Under the pieces are notes generated by a model. That model was not told the origin of the DNA and did no database searches. It worked only from the letters and a program-made list of their open reading frames with translations. 64,000 nucleotides of DNA from Candidatus Aegiribacteria sp. (lineage in GTDB: Bacteria > Fermentibacterota > Fermentibacteria > Fermentibacterales > JCC-6): positions 15,648 through 79,647 of the forward strand of contig JAUWMQ010000001.1 of the NCBI GenBank assembly GCA_030613065.1. The letters are read 5' to 3'. The stretch's first letter is position 1, and every line of letters starts with the position of its first letter. The position numbers and the translations under genes are program-made. Positions 1 through 9,590 of this stretch are shown here, piece after piece.

Positions 1-584
1 GATTCCTCTTTCACAGCCTTATCTTTCTCAGCGGTTCCATCATCCTCGTGTGTACTTATGCTACTCTGTTTTCCCTTGTTCACCTCATTGTTCTGCTGAA
101 CGCCCTCCTGGGCATATTGCTTTATAAGATCCCTGGCAGAGTCACTGCGTATATTTCTTACCAGGGCTACCTCACCGGCGAATACACTGATTGCTTCGTT
201 AAGTACGCGTTTCTCGGATGGGTTCATTTTGTTCAGAATGGACCGGGCAATTATATCTCTAATGGCTTTAGCCACTTCCCTTGGCTCCCCCGAATGAACC
301 CTGTCTTTAAGTTTTTCTATTCTTCTCCGCCAGTCCTTGGGCAGTTCGTCCGGCTCCCTGAAAAGCTCCTGAAGAGCATCATCAAGTTCCTCCTCGGAAA
401 CAACCGGTCTCAGTTCGGCTTCATCGAGACTCTCAGTAGGCACCATCACTCTTTTCTTTCCAACTACAATATCAATTACAACGCATTCACAAATCTCACC
501 GGAAATCATCTGATCGGATATCTCCGTAATGACTCCGGCGCCATGAATCGGATCAACAACTTTACCATTTATAGAATACTTCAT
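1..584 (-). CDS. carD: CarD/CdnL-family transcription regulator (3' end cut by window edge)
   Basis: Absent from the ORF track because it has no stop inside the window. Reverse-strand ATG at 584-582 is preceded by GAGGAGG (589-595). My translation MKYSINGKVVDPIHGAGVITEISDQMISGEICECVVIDIVVGKKRVMVPTESLDEAELRPVVSEEELDDALQEL... stays open to position 1. The KVV.P.HGAGVI..I start is typical of the CarD_CdnL_TRCF domain. The 48..602 plus-strand ORF is its antisense shadow. Confidence 0.75.
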   Translation of the reverse strand, partial: MKYSINGKVVDPIHGAGVITEISDQMISGEICECVVIDIVVGKKRVMVPTESLDEAELRPVVSEEELDDALQELFREPDELPKDWRRRIEKLKDRVHSGEPREVAKAIRDIIARSILNKMNPSEKRVLNEAISVFAGEVALVRNIRSDSARDLIKQYAQEGVQQNNEVNKGKQSSISTHEDDGTAEKDKAVKEE

Positions 585-662
585 CAATCCTCCTCAAAAT
601 AACAATTTTCAGTATAATATTCAAGTTTTAAAAATAAAAGTCAATGATAAGAATATGTTTTT

Positions 663-2282
663 CTAGTTACCAAGAAGGATCCAGATATCAGGCGCGTTCG
701 GTGCGGCTGCCCTGGAATGTTCGCCTGCGTCACTCTCAAGAAGCAATTTTCTGAACTCTTCCTCAGCAGCAGACAGCAGGGGCAGATTATTACGGTAAAG
801 AAAGAGTGTGTAATCAAGGCTTGCAGGTATCCCCAGTTCCGTGTTCAGTCTGTCTCCGTTACGAAAATCCACGACAGTTATCAGCCATTCCTCTCCATCG
901 AGGATAATGCTCATGTTATTCAGAACTGATCTCACCCAGGTTGCAGCTCCCACCCCACCGTATGTACCTTCCAGACCGTGATTCACTATGTCAACGTACA
1001 ATGTGCCCGCAGGGTCTGAAACGGGCACTACGATACCAGACAGTAAACTGTCATCGGTGAGGTCGCTGCCAAGAAGCAGCGATATATCAACGGGTTTAAT
1101 CACTATTGCGGAATCTTGAGAAGCCAGGTTTTCCGCGATAGAGCGAATCCTTCCCTGGTTCTCATGTGAAAGATACGGATCATCCCTGCGGGCCAACAGT
1201 ATTGAATTGCTGCGGGGGGTTCCCGTACATGTGTAGACGATGGAATATTCAGATGCCGGACCCTGACGGAATTCACTTGCCCTGCCCGGCTGAGCGGTAC
1301 CGTTACTTAGCCATATAACAGGTTCGGCAAGGGTATCGCCTTGAAGAGAACCTGTTCCCTCCAGAGGTGGGTTCTGACCGGTCAGAGAGGAATCACTCTC
1401 CTGTATCAAAGCACAGGAGTCAGGTTCTGTGCTCTGCTGTTCCTGCGGGCGGCCGGGATGCCTGATCAGGAGTAATGTGGTTATCACTGCAATCATGATT
1501 ACTGCAATAATCAGAAGAGACTTTTGCTTCCTTCTGTTCCAGAAGTGCTTTCCTTTGCCGCCTGTTTCCACTTGTCTGGTCAAGTCTTCCGGTTCAATAC
1601 GCTTCAGTTCATTCGCAAGAACTATCAGATTGGGAAATCTATTGTCTGCTTCAGGGGAAACCATACTCTCAAGCAGTTCAAGAACCCTGTCTGAAAGGCA
1701 GTTCCATACTTCAACCTGGATCTCACGGTTGTCACTGCCGGCAATTAGCCTGAAAATCAGCAGACCCAATGCGTAAATATCACTTCGTGGATCATCGGCG
1801 GTTCTTCCCACTGCCTCTGGAGGCGAGAAGGGAGTGTCCGGTATGCCTCTTGCGCCACCGAGAATAAGGTGTTTGCCAGTGTCAGTTCTGAGAACATTCT
1901 CTGGTCCCAGGTAACCAACTCTGTACCCGTCATCATGGATCCTTCTCAGGATATCAAGTAATTTTATTCCCGTTTCAAGTGCATTCGCCTCGGAAAGCCC
2001 TCCCTCATTCATAATTGCTTCAACGTACAGTTCCGCGCTGTCTGGAATGGAAAACAGAAGGATCCTGGTTCCGCTGTCATTTCCGGGATGGGTCAGGGAA
2101 TCGGGAAGGAGAACACCGTCTATCTCCGGCCAATCTCCGGGGGGTAATCCGCCTGAAGATCCGCTGCTGATTTCAGCAAGTATTGCTCTTCCATCAATTG
2201 AAACCCTTGCGAGGAGATAGTTTTCCTCCTCTATAAGGATTTTTCCGCCCTCTGCAACGGTTGAAAGCAGGTCAGAAAGCAT
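663..2282 (-). CDS. Membrane-anchored Ser/Thr-kinase-like protein, probable pseudokinase, with two extracytoplasmic LytR_C-like domains
   Basis: 539 aa. The N-terminal ~230 aa align by eye to kinase subdomains VI-IX (IHDDGYRVGYLGPENVL, ILGGARG, FSPPEAV, SDIYALGLLIFRLIAG). A single TM follows (LLIIAVIMIAVITTLLLI). The C-terminal region has two LytR_C-like segments ending ISLLLGSD and DIWILLGN. It overlaps the guaB stop by 11 nt. Confidence 0.8.
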   Translation of the reverse strand: MLSDLLSTVAEGGKILIEEENYLLARVSIDGRAILAEISSGSSGGLPPGDWPEIDGVLLPDSLTHPGNDSGTRILLFSIPDSAELYVEAIMNEGGLSEANALETGIKLLDILRRIHDDGYRVGYLGPENVLRTDTGKHLILGGARGIPDTPFSPPEAVGRTADDPRSDIYALGLLIFRLIAGSDNREIQVEVWNCLSDRVLELLESMVSPEADNRFPNLIVLANELKRIEPEDLTRQVETGGKGKHFWNRRKQKSLLIIAVIMIAVITTLLLIRHPGRPQEQQSTEPDSCALIQESDSSLTGQNPPLEGTGSLQGDTLAEPVIWLSNGTAQPGRASEFRQGPASEYSIVYTCTGTPRSNSILLARRDDPYLSHENQGRIRSIAENLASQDSAIVIKPVDISLLLGSDLTDDSLLSGIVVPVSDPAGTLYVDIVNHGLEGTYGGVGAATWVRSVLNNMSIILDGEEWLITVVDFRNGDRLNTELGIPASLDYTLFLYRNNLPLLSAAEEEFRKLLLESDAGEHSRAAAPNAPDIWILLGN

Positions 2283-3747
2283 GTTCTTCAGTAGAGTAGT
2301 TCGGAGCTTCCTTTGTTATTATTACATCATGTGCATGGCTTTCCCTGAGACCGGCTGATGTAATTCTTACTATTCGTGCTTTCCCGGGCAATTCTACAAC
2401 AGTACTGCTTCCCATATAGCCCATACCCTGTCTGAGCCCTCCGATGAGCTGGTTCAGATAATCAACAAGGGGACCCTTGAAGGGAACCATTCCCTCTATA
2501 CCTTCCGGCACAAACTTCTTCTCGGTTCTATCATTCTGGAAGTATCTGTCGGCACTGCCTTGCTTCATAGCCCCAATTGATCCCATTCCACGGTATACCT
2601 TAAACTTTCTGCCCTTGTAAATGGTTGTTTCCCCGGGGCTTTCTGATATTCCGGCAAGAAGGCTTCCTATCATTACGGAGGAAGCCCCTGCAGCAAGTGC
2701 TTTCACTATGTCTCCCGAATACTTGATACCACCATCAGCAATAACAGGTACGTTGTAAGCGGCAGCAGCCAATGCGCATTCTTGAACAGCGGTAAACTGG
2801 GGGCATCCGACACCTGCGATAACACGAGTAGTGCAGATCGATCCGGGACCCACACCAACTTTTATCCCGTCCGCACCTGCCTTGATCAGATCAACAGTAG
2901 CATCGGCTGTAACAATGTTACCGGCTACGATAGAAATATCAGGAAATTCTTTCCTAAGGATTGATACCATTTCAATCACTTTAACCGAGTGACCGTGGGC
3001 TGTATCGATAAACAGGCAGTCCACTCCGGCTTCTACCAGAAGGCAGGACCGGGCGATGGTTTCATTACCAGCGCCCACGGCAGCTCCGACTCTTAGACGA
3101 CCAGATGAATCTTTGCATGCACTTGGATAGTTGATTGCATTGTGTATATCCTTGACGGTTATCAAGCCGATAAGATGCTGCTCTTTGTCAACGAGAGGGA
3201 GCTTTTCGAGCCTGTGTTTCCTGAGAAGCACGAGAGCTTCTTCAAGATCCGTCTCGGGCGGGGCGGTTATAAGCCGCTCACGCGGAGTCATAAGTTCTTT
3301 TACTGGAGTTGATGAATCGGCCTCAAACTGGTAATCACGGTTAGTCAGCATACCAACCAGTCTGCCGCCCTCCAGAATAGGAAAACCGGAAACTCCCTCC
3401 TGCTGCGAAAGCTCAAGGGCATCGGCGATAACAGCATCTACTGTAAGCGTGACAGGATCAATGATCACGCCGCTTTCAGCTCGTTTAACACGCCTGACAT
3501 GCTTTGCCTGATCGATGGGTGAGAGATTTTTATGAATTACTCCCATTCCACCCTCCTGTGCAAGAGCTATTGCCATGTCAGCTTCAGTCACCGTATCCAT
3601 TGCGGCGCTCAGAATCGGAATATTAAGGATTATCTCACTGGTAAGCTTTGTTTGAAGATTCGCTTCGGAAGGGAGTATTTCGGATCTCCCTGGAAGAAGC
3701 AGAATATCATCATATGTGAGTGCTAATCTGGTGCTGGACAGTTCCAT
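2272..3747 (-). CDS. guaB: IMP dehydrogenase
   Basis: 491 aa. N-terminal [11 protein letters not shown], a CBS pair, the catalytic loop [12 protein letters not shown], and C-terminal [10 protein letters not shown]. Confidence 0.97.
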   Translation of the reverse strand: MELSSTRLALTYDDILLLPGRSEILPSEANLQTKLTSEIILNIPILSAAMDTVTEADMAIALAQEGGMGVIHKNLSPIDQAKHVRRVKRAESGVIIDPVTLTVDAVIADALELSQQEGVSGFPILEGGRLVGMLTNRDYQFEADSSTPVKELMTPRERLITAPPETDLEEALVLLRKHRLEKLPLVDKEQHLIGLITVKDIHNAINYPSACKDSSGRLRVGAAVGAGNETIARSCLLVEAGVDCLFIDTAHGHSVKVIEMVSILRKEFPDISIVAGNIVTADATVDLIKAGADGIKVGVGPGSICTTRVIAGVGCPQFTAVQECALAAAAYNVPVIADGGIKYSGDIVKALAAGASSVMIGSLLAGISESPGETTIYKGRKFKVYRGMGSIGAMKQGSADRYFQNDRTEKKFVPEGIEGMVPFKGPLVDYLNQLIGGLRQGMGYMGSSTVVELPGKARIVRITSAGLRESHAHDVIITKEAPNYSTEEHAF

Positions 3748-3777
3748 ATTCAGATCTCCGTTCAGAATTTATCGGCT

Positions 3778-4149
3778 TCAATCGCACCAATAGATGAATC
3801 TGCCGCATGAAGGGCATGTTTCAACCTGATTGTTCCGTTCTGGAGATGCGAAATACGCGGTCGGCAGCTGTGTGAAACAGCCGCTGCATCTCAGGTTGAC
3901 AACTGGCACAACAGCATTTCCATAATGTCCGGCAAGCTGATCGTAAATATTTCTGTGTTTACGATCGATAGTTGAGGCCAGTTCGTCCCTCATTTTCTGC
4001 AGTTGCTCCGCAGCTGAGTCTGGTGATAACCCGAGCTTTTTCTCCTGCTTACTGATGTCTTTGTTAACCAGATCGGATATCATGACATCGAGATCATGAA
4101 GGCTTATCAGTTTTTCAAGTGCTCTATTCATCCGTTTGGTTTCCCTCAT
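3778..4149 (-). CDS. Zinc-ribbon protein with an N-terminal coiled coil (DUF164/COG1579-like C-terminal half)
   Basis: 123 aa with two CxxC pairs (CSGCFTQL ... CPSCGRFIYW) after a helical region. It overlaps the upstream gene by 26 nt; an alternative start at M7 (4131) shortens the overlap. Confidence 0.6.
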   Translation of the reverse strand: MRETKRMNRALEKLISLHDLDVMISDLVNKDISKQEKKLGLSPDSAAEQLQKMRDELASTIDRKHRNIYDQLAGHYGNAVVPVVNLRCSGCFTQLPTAYFASPERNNQVETCPSCGRFIYWCD

Positions 4150-4570
4150 GTTCGAATTTCAGTATTGAAGCTGCTTCAGATGAAGAGCTGGCGGACAGTA
4201 TCTTTTCTGCACCCCCCGAACGGAGGGTTTTTGCAAGGTGTTTGATCAGCTCCATGTGTTCGATCGGTCCTGATGGTTTAACGGGAGTGATGAAAAGTAT
4301 GATAACTGTTACATTTTCCTCAGGCCATGGGATACCTTCTTCGGATTTCCCGATGATAATCATGAAATCATCAACCAGTATGCTGCGGCAATGTGGCATG
4401 GCAATGCCTTCATGTACGATAGTCGGTCCCGCCAATTCCCTCGTTTCCAGTGCGGTTTGAATCAGGCTCTCAGTTGTTTTCTGAAAGGAGAATTCTTTTA
4501 GCAGCTCCGTGATAGCATCTTCCCGGTTTTTTGAGCACATATCCCATTTGCCCAGGCACTCTCTTTTCAA
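4124..4570 (-). CDS. ptsN: PTS EIIA type-2 domain protein (EIIA-Ntr/PtsN-like)
   Basis: 148 aa with the EIIA-2 active-site context HEGIAMPHCRS. TTG start at 4570 is preceded by AAAGGAGG with a 5-nt spacer. Confidence 0.65.
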   Translation of the reverse strand: MKRECLGKWDMCSKNREDAITELLKEFSFQKTTESLIQTALETRELAGPTIVHEGIAMPHCRSILVDDFMIIIGKSEEGIPWPEENVTVIILFITPVKPSGPIEHMELIKHLAKTLRSGGAEKILSASSSSEAASILKFEHEGNQTDE

Positions 4571-4655
4571 TTATACCTCCTTTTTGACTTGGTCTTTAAT
4601 ATAGAATTTGTGTATCGTCCTGCAAGTGGCGTATTGAATCCATGTGAGGTGAATA

Positions 4656-7217
4656 TTGTCAGATAAAAATGAAGCCTGTTGCTTTTCCATTTCAGACGAA
4701 TCCTACGCTCTGCTGCTTAACAACAACGCAGTCACTCGAATATCCCGGCCTCTTTCGCGTCTTCTGGATCGGATTCCGGTTAATCGTGACGCTGTGATAA
4801 AGGCTCTTTCCTTTCAGGAGGACGGCTCACTTCCAATCCTTCTGGGTGATCAGATCTGGCTCTCCTCCACAGTAAGTGCCGGCAACGGAAGGATTGTAAT
4901 ACTGAAAAACCCATCCAAACTGGAACTGGAGGAATGGCTGGAAGTTATTCAGGGGGGCAAACCGAGCTTAATAACCGATGGATCAGGAAATATATTTGCC
5001 TTGACCGAATCCGCAAACGCGCTTTTTGCAGGGTATGAATTAGCCTCCCTGAAAGATTTTCTTGATCAGGTCTCAATGACTGCTTACCTGTCGGCAAGTT
5101 CGAAATGTCTTTCAGGAAACCAGACCAGGGATTTCTCCGTACTGACAAAGAAAGGGCGGAAGAGTAGAAAATCCCATGTGATTTCCCTCAGAGAATCAGG
5201 TGTTCTGAACGAACTGCTCATAGCATCATTCTCATCCCCATCAATGGCTATGAGTACATTCGAGCAGGATGATTCAAAGTTCATCCGCACACTGTTTTCA
5301 GTAATACCCATACCTGCTATTAGAATTGATGACAAAGGCACCATTATAGCCATGAACACTCATGCTGTTCACCTGATTTCAAAGGTTGACGGCAAGGATC
5401 CCATTTCAACTAAATTCATTGACTGGATTACGGAAGAAGACCGGAACAGGGTGGCCAAACTCTATGAAAACCGGATTAGTTCTCTGGTTACTCCATATCT
5501 GTTCAAGGCAGGTATAACCATTTCAGATAACGTTATACAGCAGTTCGAATTAACAAGCCTTCTCATGCCTGAGAGGGAAATGTTACTCGTTTTTCTCGTA
5601 CCAGTTGACAAGATAGAGGGTTCCGATACCGCTCCTCTTATCAGCCAGACAATCAATAAACTGATAGATGTTCTTCGTGAGCCAAATCAGGATAACAACT
5701 CTGCAAGGGACATCCTGGAATTTCTAAGAGTTGGTGCAAGTGCAAGGGGAGCTGTCTACGTTTCAAAATCCAGGAGAATTACCGTCGGCGAGGTGACGCT
5801 ACCTGCCCAGGAAGAACAACTCAAGACAAAGAAAACTGTTTTCTGGACTGATGACTCGCTGGGTCACAATATTACGGTCCCGGTAAATAAGAAGCATGAC
5901 CAGGCTTACATAACGATCACAGGTATGTCTTCTCGAATTTCAGATCAACTCGGAAGACTCGTACTAAGTCTTGCGCCTGTGCTGGCTGAATACATTCAGT
6001 CAAACCATTACATACAGGCTGAGTTCAAGCTTCTCAATGCTATTTCGGTCTTCATGACCAGCCTGCAGGGCCGTGAGCGGAATGTCCGGACTCTGCTTGG
6101 TGAGATAGGATCGATCATAGGCGCTGATTACCTGGTTGTTCATACGGTCAGTTCCAGGGAACCTGTTCTCAAGCAGCTGGTTTCATTCGGTACTTCGACT
6201 GAACCCGGTATTCTGCGAATTGAGATTCCATCTATAGCATCATGGGCGTATACACATACTGAGATATGCTGCGTTCCGGATACAGCAGTTGATCAGAGAT
6301 TCTCCCCCATTTTTCCTTCTTCAAGAAGTGAATTGTCCATCCCGCTCATATCCAACGGGAAAACCATGGGAACACTGACAGTTGGCTGCACCAGGAGGGA
6401 TGCTTTCGGTTACCCTCTGGGAGGATTTCTTCAGACGATAGGCACAGCTCTTTCGCTTTGGTTGTTCATGGACAGCAGTGGAATGCGGGATGCAGGGAGC
6501 GTTCATAGTAAGAATAAAGCCGACGAAAACAACCCGGGGCTGGAAGATCTGTTATTGAGTCTTTCATACCGCATGAGAGCTCCCATTACTACTCTCAGAG
6601 GTCATACGGACCTTCTCTTTTCAGAGAAACTCGGTAAACTGACAGAAGAACAGAGAAAATCACTTGTCTCAATGAATACCGCTCTGATAAACCTGGTTGA
6701 ATATGCCGAAAGAATGCTTAACTTCATGAAGATTGAATTGAGCGAGGAAAACCTTGAAATATTGTGGGCCAGGCCTTCTGATGTGGTTTCCTCACTGCTG
6801 CCGATCCTCTCAGAGAAGGGCAGAACCCAGGGTGTTACCGTTAGCGCAGAACTTCCTTCTGAGCCATTCACTGCACCCTTCGATAGATCCATGCTCGAAC
6901 AGATAATCGGCAATCTTGTAAACAATGCCATACAGCATAACATATCTGGCGGATCCGCCAGGATAGAAATCAAATTAGAAGGCAGCAATTACTGGATACT
7001 TGAGGTTTTCAACACTGGAGAAGGAATTGCCCCCGAGGATCTTCCAAACGTTTTTGACAGGTTCTATACGGGCAGCAGTTCAGGCAGATACGCAGCAGGG
7101 CTTGGAATCGGTCTGACCATTGTAAAAAGCTTCGCCAGTCAGATGGGCGGTACGGTCAGTGTCCGGAGCAGGCCGGGATTCGGTACCTGGTTCACAGTTC
7201 GGCTTCCATTATCCTGA
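4656..7217 (+). CDS. Cytoplasmic PAS/GAF sensor histidine-kinase-like protein (H-box His replaced by Tyr)
   Basis: 853 aa with no obvious TM. Contains a PAS-like segment (FIRTLFSVIPIPAIRIDDKGTIIAMN), a GAF-like segment (LLGEIGSIIGADYLVVH...ELSIPLISNGKTMGTL), a HisKA-like helix (LSYRMRAPITTLRGHTDLL) and HATPase_c (NLVNNAIQH, FNTGEGI, GLGIGLTIVK). TTG start at 4656 lies after GAGGTG. The stop overlaps the queA ATG (TGATG). Confidence 0.85.
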   Translation: MSDKNEACCFSISDESYALLLNNNAVTRISRPLSRLLDRIPVNRDAVIKALSFQEDGSLPILLGDQIWLSSTVSAGNGRIVILKNPSKLELEEWLEVIQGGKPSLITDGSGNIFALTESANALFAGYELASLKDFLDQVSMTAYLSASSKCLSGNQTRDFSVLTKKGRKSRKSHVISLRESGVLNELLIASFSSPSMAMSTFEQDDSKFIRTLFSVIPIPAIRIDDKGTIIAMNTHAVHLISKVDGKDPISTKFIDWITEEDRNRVAKLYENRISSLVTPYLFKAGITISDNVIQQFELTSLLMPEREMLLVFLVPVDKIEGSDTAPLISQTINKLIDVLREPNQDNNSARDILEFLRVGASARGAVYVSKSRRITVGEVTLPAQEEQLKTKKTVFWTDDSLGHNITVPVNKKHDQAYITITGMSSRISDQLGRLVLSLAPVLAEYIQSNHYIQAEFKLLNAISVFMTSLQGRERNVRTLLGEIGSIIGADYLVVHTVSSREPVLKQLVSFGTSTEPGILRIEIPSIASWAYTHTEICCVPDTAVDQRFSPIFPSSRSELSIPLISNGKTMGTLTVGCTRRDAFGYPLGGFLQTIGTALSLWLFMDSSGMRDAGSVHSKNKADENNPGLEDLLLSLSYRMRAPITTLRGHTDLLFSEKLGKLTEEQRKSLVSMNTALINLVEYAERMLNFMKIELSEENLEILWARPSDVVSSLLPILSEKGRTQGVTVSAELPSEPFTAPFDRSMLEQIIGNLVNNAIQHNISGGSARIEIKLEGSNYWILEVFNTGEGIAPEDLPNVFDRFYTGSSSGRYAAGLGIGLTIVKSFASQMGGTVSVRSRPGFGTWFTVRLPLS

Positions 7218-8269
7218 TGAACTCAAAGAGACTTTCCAGAACCAGCATGCAATACAGCCTCCCTCCGGAGCTGATCGCTCAGAAACCCCTGAATGACAGA
7301 ACAGGAAGCAGACTTCTCACAGCGGATATCAGTAAGGGCAGCCTCGGGGACACGGTTTTCAGCAGACTGCCCGATTTTCTTGTTCCTGGTGATCTTCTGG
7401 TTCTGAATAATACAAGAGTTTTCAGAGCCAGGCTCTCGGGCAGGAAGGCTGAAACAGGAGGCAAGGCGGAAATATTCCTGTTGAAAAAACTGGATGAAAG
7501 CAGATGGAAAGCACTTGTCCGTCCCGGCAGGACGGCAAAGCCGGGAATGCGGCTGGAATTCGGAAATGGCCTTTACTGTACTTTGGAAAAGCGTTTGAAG
7601 CAGGGCAGGGCAGTAATCAGATTCAACCCCGGGAAGGATACTGAACAGAAGCTCCGGGAAACAGCGCAGATTCCGCTGCCTCCCTACATTAAACGGGATC
7701 CTGAGAAGCTGGATGACACGAGATATCAAACCGTCTACGCATCTGAAACCGGAGCGGTAGCTGCACCCACTGCTGGACTTCATTTTACATCAACTCTTCT
7801 TGCCAACCTTCAGGATGCCGGCATAGACAGTGTTCATGTAACTCTGCACGTGGGACCCGGGACATTTCAGCCGCTCCGTCAGGAGATTCTTGAAGATAAC
7901 AACCTTGATCCGGAGGAATACCATATTTCCGCGGAAAGCCTTGCGGCAATTAGAAAGACGCAAAGTGCCGGAGGAAGGATAGTGGCTGTGGGAACAACAA
8001 CCACCAGGGTTCTCGAGTCCATTGACATTGAATCGGGAGAGTCTTTATCAGGTGAGACTGAAATCTTTATATTCCCTCCATACAGATTCAGGAACGTGGA
8101 TGTGCTGATAACGAATTTTCATCTTCCCGGAAGTTCTCTTTTGTGCCTCGTAGCAGCTTTTATGGGATATGAATTCATGATGAAGGCCTATCAGCATGCT
8201 ATTTACGAATCCTACCGCTTCTACAGTTACGGAGATGCAATGCTGATTGAACAGGAGTCCAGAAAATGA
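7217..8269 (+). CDS. queA: S-adenosylmethionine:tRNA ribosyltransferase-isomerase
   Basis: 350 aa with YSLPPELIAQKPL..R..SRLL, AAPTAGLHFT, VGTTTTRVLES and FHLPGSSLL. An alternative start at M11 (7247) is possible. Confidence 0.95.
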   Translation: MNSKRLSRTSMQYSLPPELIAQKPLNDRTGSRLLTADISKGSLGDTVFSRLPDFLVPGDLLVLNNTRVFRARLSGRKAETGGKAEIFLLKKLDESRWKALVRPGRTAKPGMRLEFGNGLYCTLEKRLKQGRAVIRFNPGKDTEQKLRETAQIPLPPYIKRDPEKLDDTRYQTVYASETGAVAAPTAGLHFTSTLLANLQDAGIDSVHVTLHVGPGTFQPLRQEILEDNNLDPEEYHISAESLAAIRKTQSAGGRIVAVGTTTTRVLESIDIESGESLSGETEIFIFPPYRFRNVDVLITNFHLPGSSLLCLVAAFMGYEFMMKAYQHAIYESYRFYSYGDAMLIEQESRK

Positions 8270-9588
8270 CCGTCACATCCAGAAAATACGCTCTGCGTAA
8301 CAGAATATCCCCCAGTGTACAGCAGCTTGCCGGACTGTATATACTAGAGTTCGCTGTAATTCTTTCCTGGACACTCCTTCTGAACACTGTTTTCAACTTC
8401 ATTTCAGGAAGCTGGTTTATCCTCCTGCCTGTCAGCTACCTTCTTGCCGTTACCATGCTGGCATGGCTGGAAAGGGCTCGGACAGGTACCAGGGGACAGT
8501 GCCCTCTTGAGGCATTCGGCCTTGCCGAGATCAGCTTGAATGGCTTCAAGCCTTCCGAATGGCAGACTCTGATCAGGCTACTTCTGACTCCTCCCCTTCT
8601 TTTACTTCTGTGCGCCGGACTGGTACCGGTATCTCGAACGGGTAAAACTATTCTACAAATGATCTCAGGCACAAGGATAGTACCTCTAGATTCCGATATG
8701 GACCCCAGACCAAATGTGGAGATTTTCCGGAGCAGGAAAAAAGCTTTGATGAAAGTGATCTCGTACACCATGGTTTCCCTGATGGTTGCGACCATAATTA
8801 TTCTAGTTCCTTCGGAACTCTCAGTAGTCGGAACCGGAGGAAGGATAGCTTCTCTTCACAGCCTGCCTTCGACCGAAAGAGACCTTCTTGCCAAGTATCT
8901 GGAAATCAAGGCGATGTATCCGGACAGTCTTGAATTCCATGTCAGGCTTGCAAGCCTTTACTACAGAAACAATATGGAAGAGGACCTGCGGCTTGAGCTT
9001 GAACAGATAAGGAGCCTTGATCCGGATCACTCAATTCTCATGCTTGAGGAAGACTTTTCGGTCACCATGGAGGATCTCATGGTTGAGCAGGACTCCTCTT
9101 TCGCCGATTCAATACCGGCAGTTATTACGGTAGCTACTGTACCTGCTGTTGAGGAAACTACCGCTGTGCAGGATTCTGTGGTTCTTCAGCCGGATTCAGT
9201 ATCGCCCGACCCGGGGCTTGCAGCCTCCGATTCAATCGCCACACCTCTGGATTCAGTTCCAACAGCAGATTCAACTGAGATAGATGACATTGTCGATACG
9301 GGTTCCCCTGGTGTATCGACAGCAGAAGACAGCATACCGGAAATTGAAACCCCGCTTTTCCATCCTGATGAAACTGCCCCGGAAGAAATCCCCGATAGTA
9401 CCGTTATCGAAGATAGTACAGCCCCAGAAGACAGCACAATTCCCGTTACCGAAGACACCACTACGGTTGTAAGCGTGGACACCACTGCGGTTGTAAGCGT
9501 GGACAGCACGGAATCTCCTGCGGATATTGAAAGCGATGATACTTCAGAAGATTTTCCGCAGCCGGAACCTGAAACTGAAGGGATATAG
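8266..9588 (+). CDS. RDD-family-like membrane protein with a TPR-like segment and a long acidic, T/S/D/E-rich tail
   Basis: 440 aa. ATG overlaps the queA stop (ATGA). Contains hydrophobic helices plus an RDD-like end (GKTILQMISGTRIVPLD). The C-terminal ~170 aa is low-complexity and acidic. Confidence 0.6.
   Translation: MTVTSRKYALRNRISPSVQQLAGLYILEFAVILSWTLLLNTVFNFISGSWFILLPVSYLLAVTMLAWLERARTGTRGQCPLEAFGLAEISLNGFKPSEWQTLIRLLLTPPLLLLLCAGLVPVSRTGKTILQMISGTRIVPLDSDMDPRPNVEIFRSRKKALMKVISYTMVSLMVATIIILVPSELSVVGTGGRIASLHSLPSTERDLLAKYLEIKAMYPDSLEFHVRLASLYYRNNMEEDLRLELEQIRSLDPDHSILMLEEDFSVTMEDLMVEQDSSFADSIPAVITVATVPAVEETTAVQDSVVLQPDSVSPDPGLAASDSIATPLDSVPTADSTEIDDIVDTGSPGVSTAEDSIPEIETPLFHPDETAPEEIPDSTVIEDSTAPEDSTIPVTEDTTTVVSVDTTAVVSVDSTESPADIESDDTSEDFPQPEPETEGI
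9454..9501 (+). repeat. 2 x 24 bp tandem duplication inside the acidic tail of the RDD-like gene
   Basis: gacaccactAcggttgtaagcgtg (9454-9477) is followed by gacaccactGcggttgtaagcgtg (9478-9501). This encodes DTTTVVSV/DTTAVVSV. Confidence 0.85.
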
Positions 9589-9590
9589 TT

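Noticed and set aside
48-602. 184-aa plus-strand ORF at the window start
   Set aside because: It is the antisense shadow of a CarD/CdnL-family gene on the minus strand (ATG 584 with a GAGGAGG RBS and a recognisable CarD N-terminal motif). The plus-strand product has no recognisable features.
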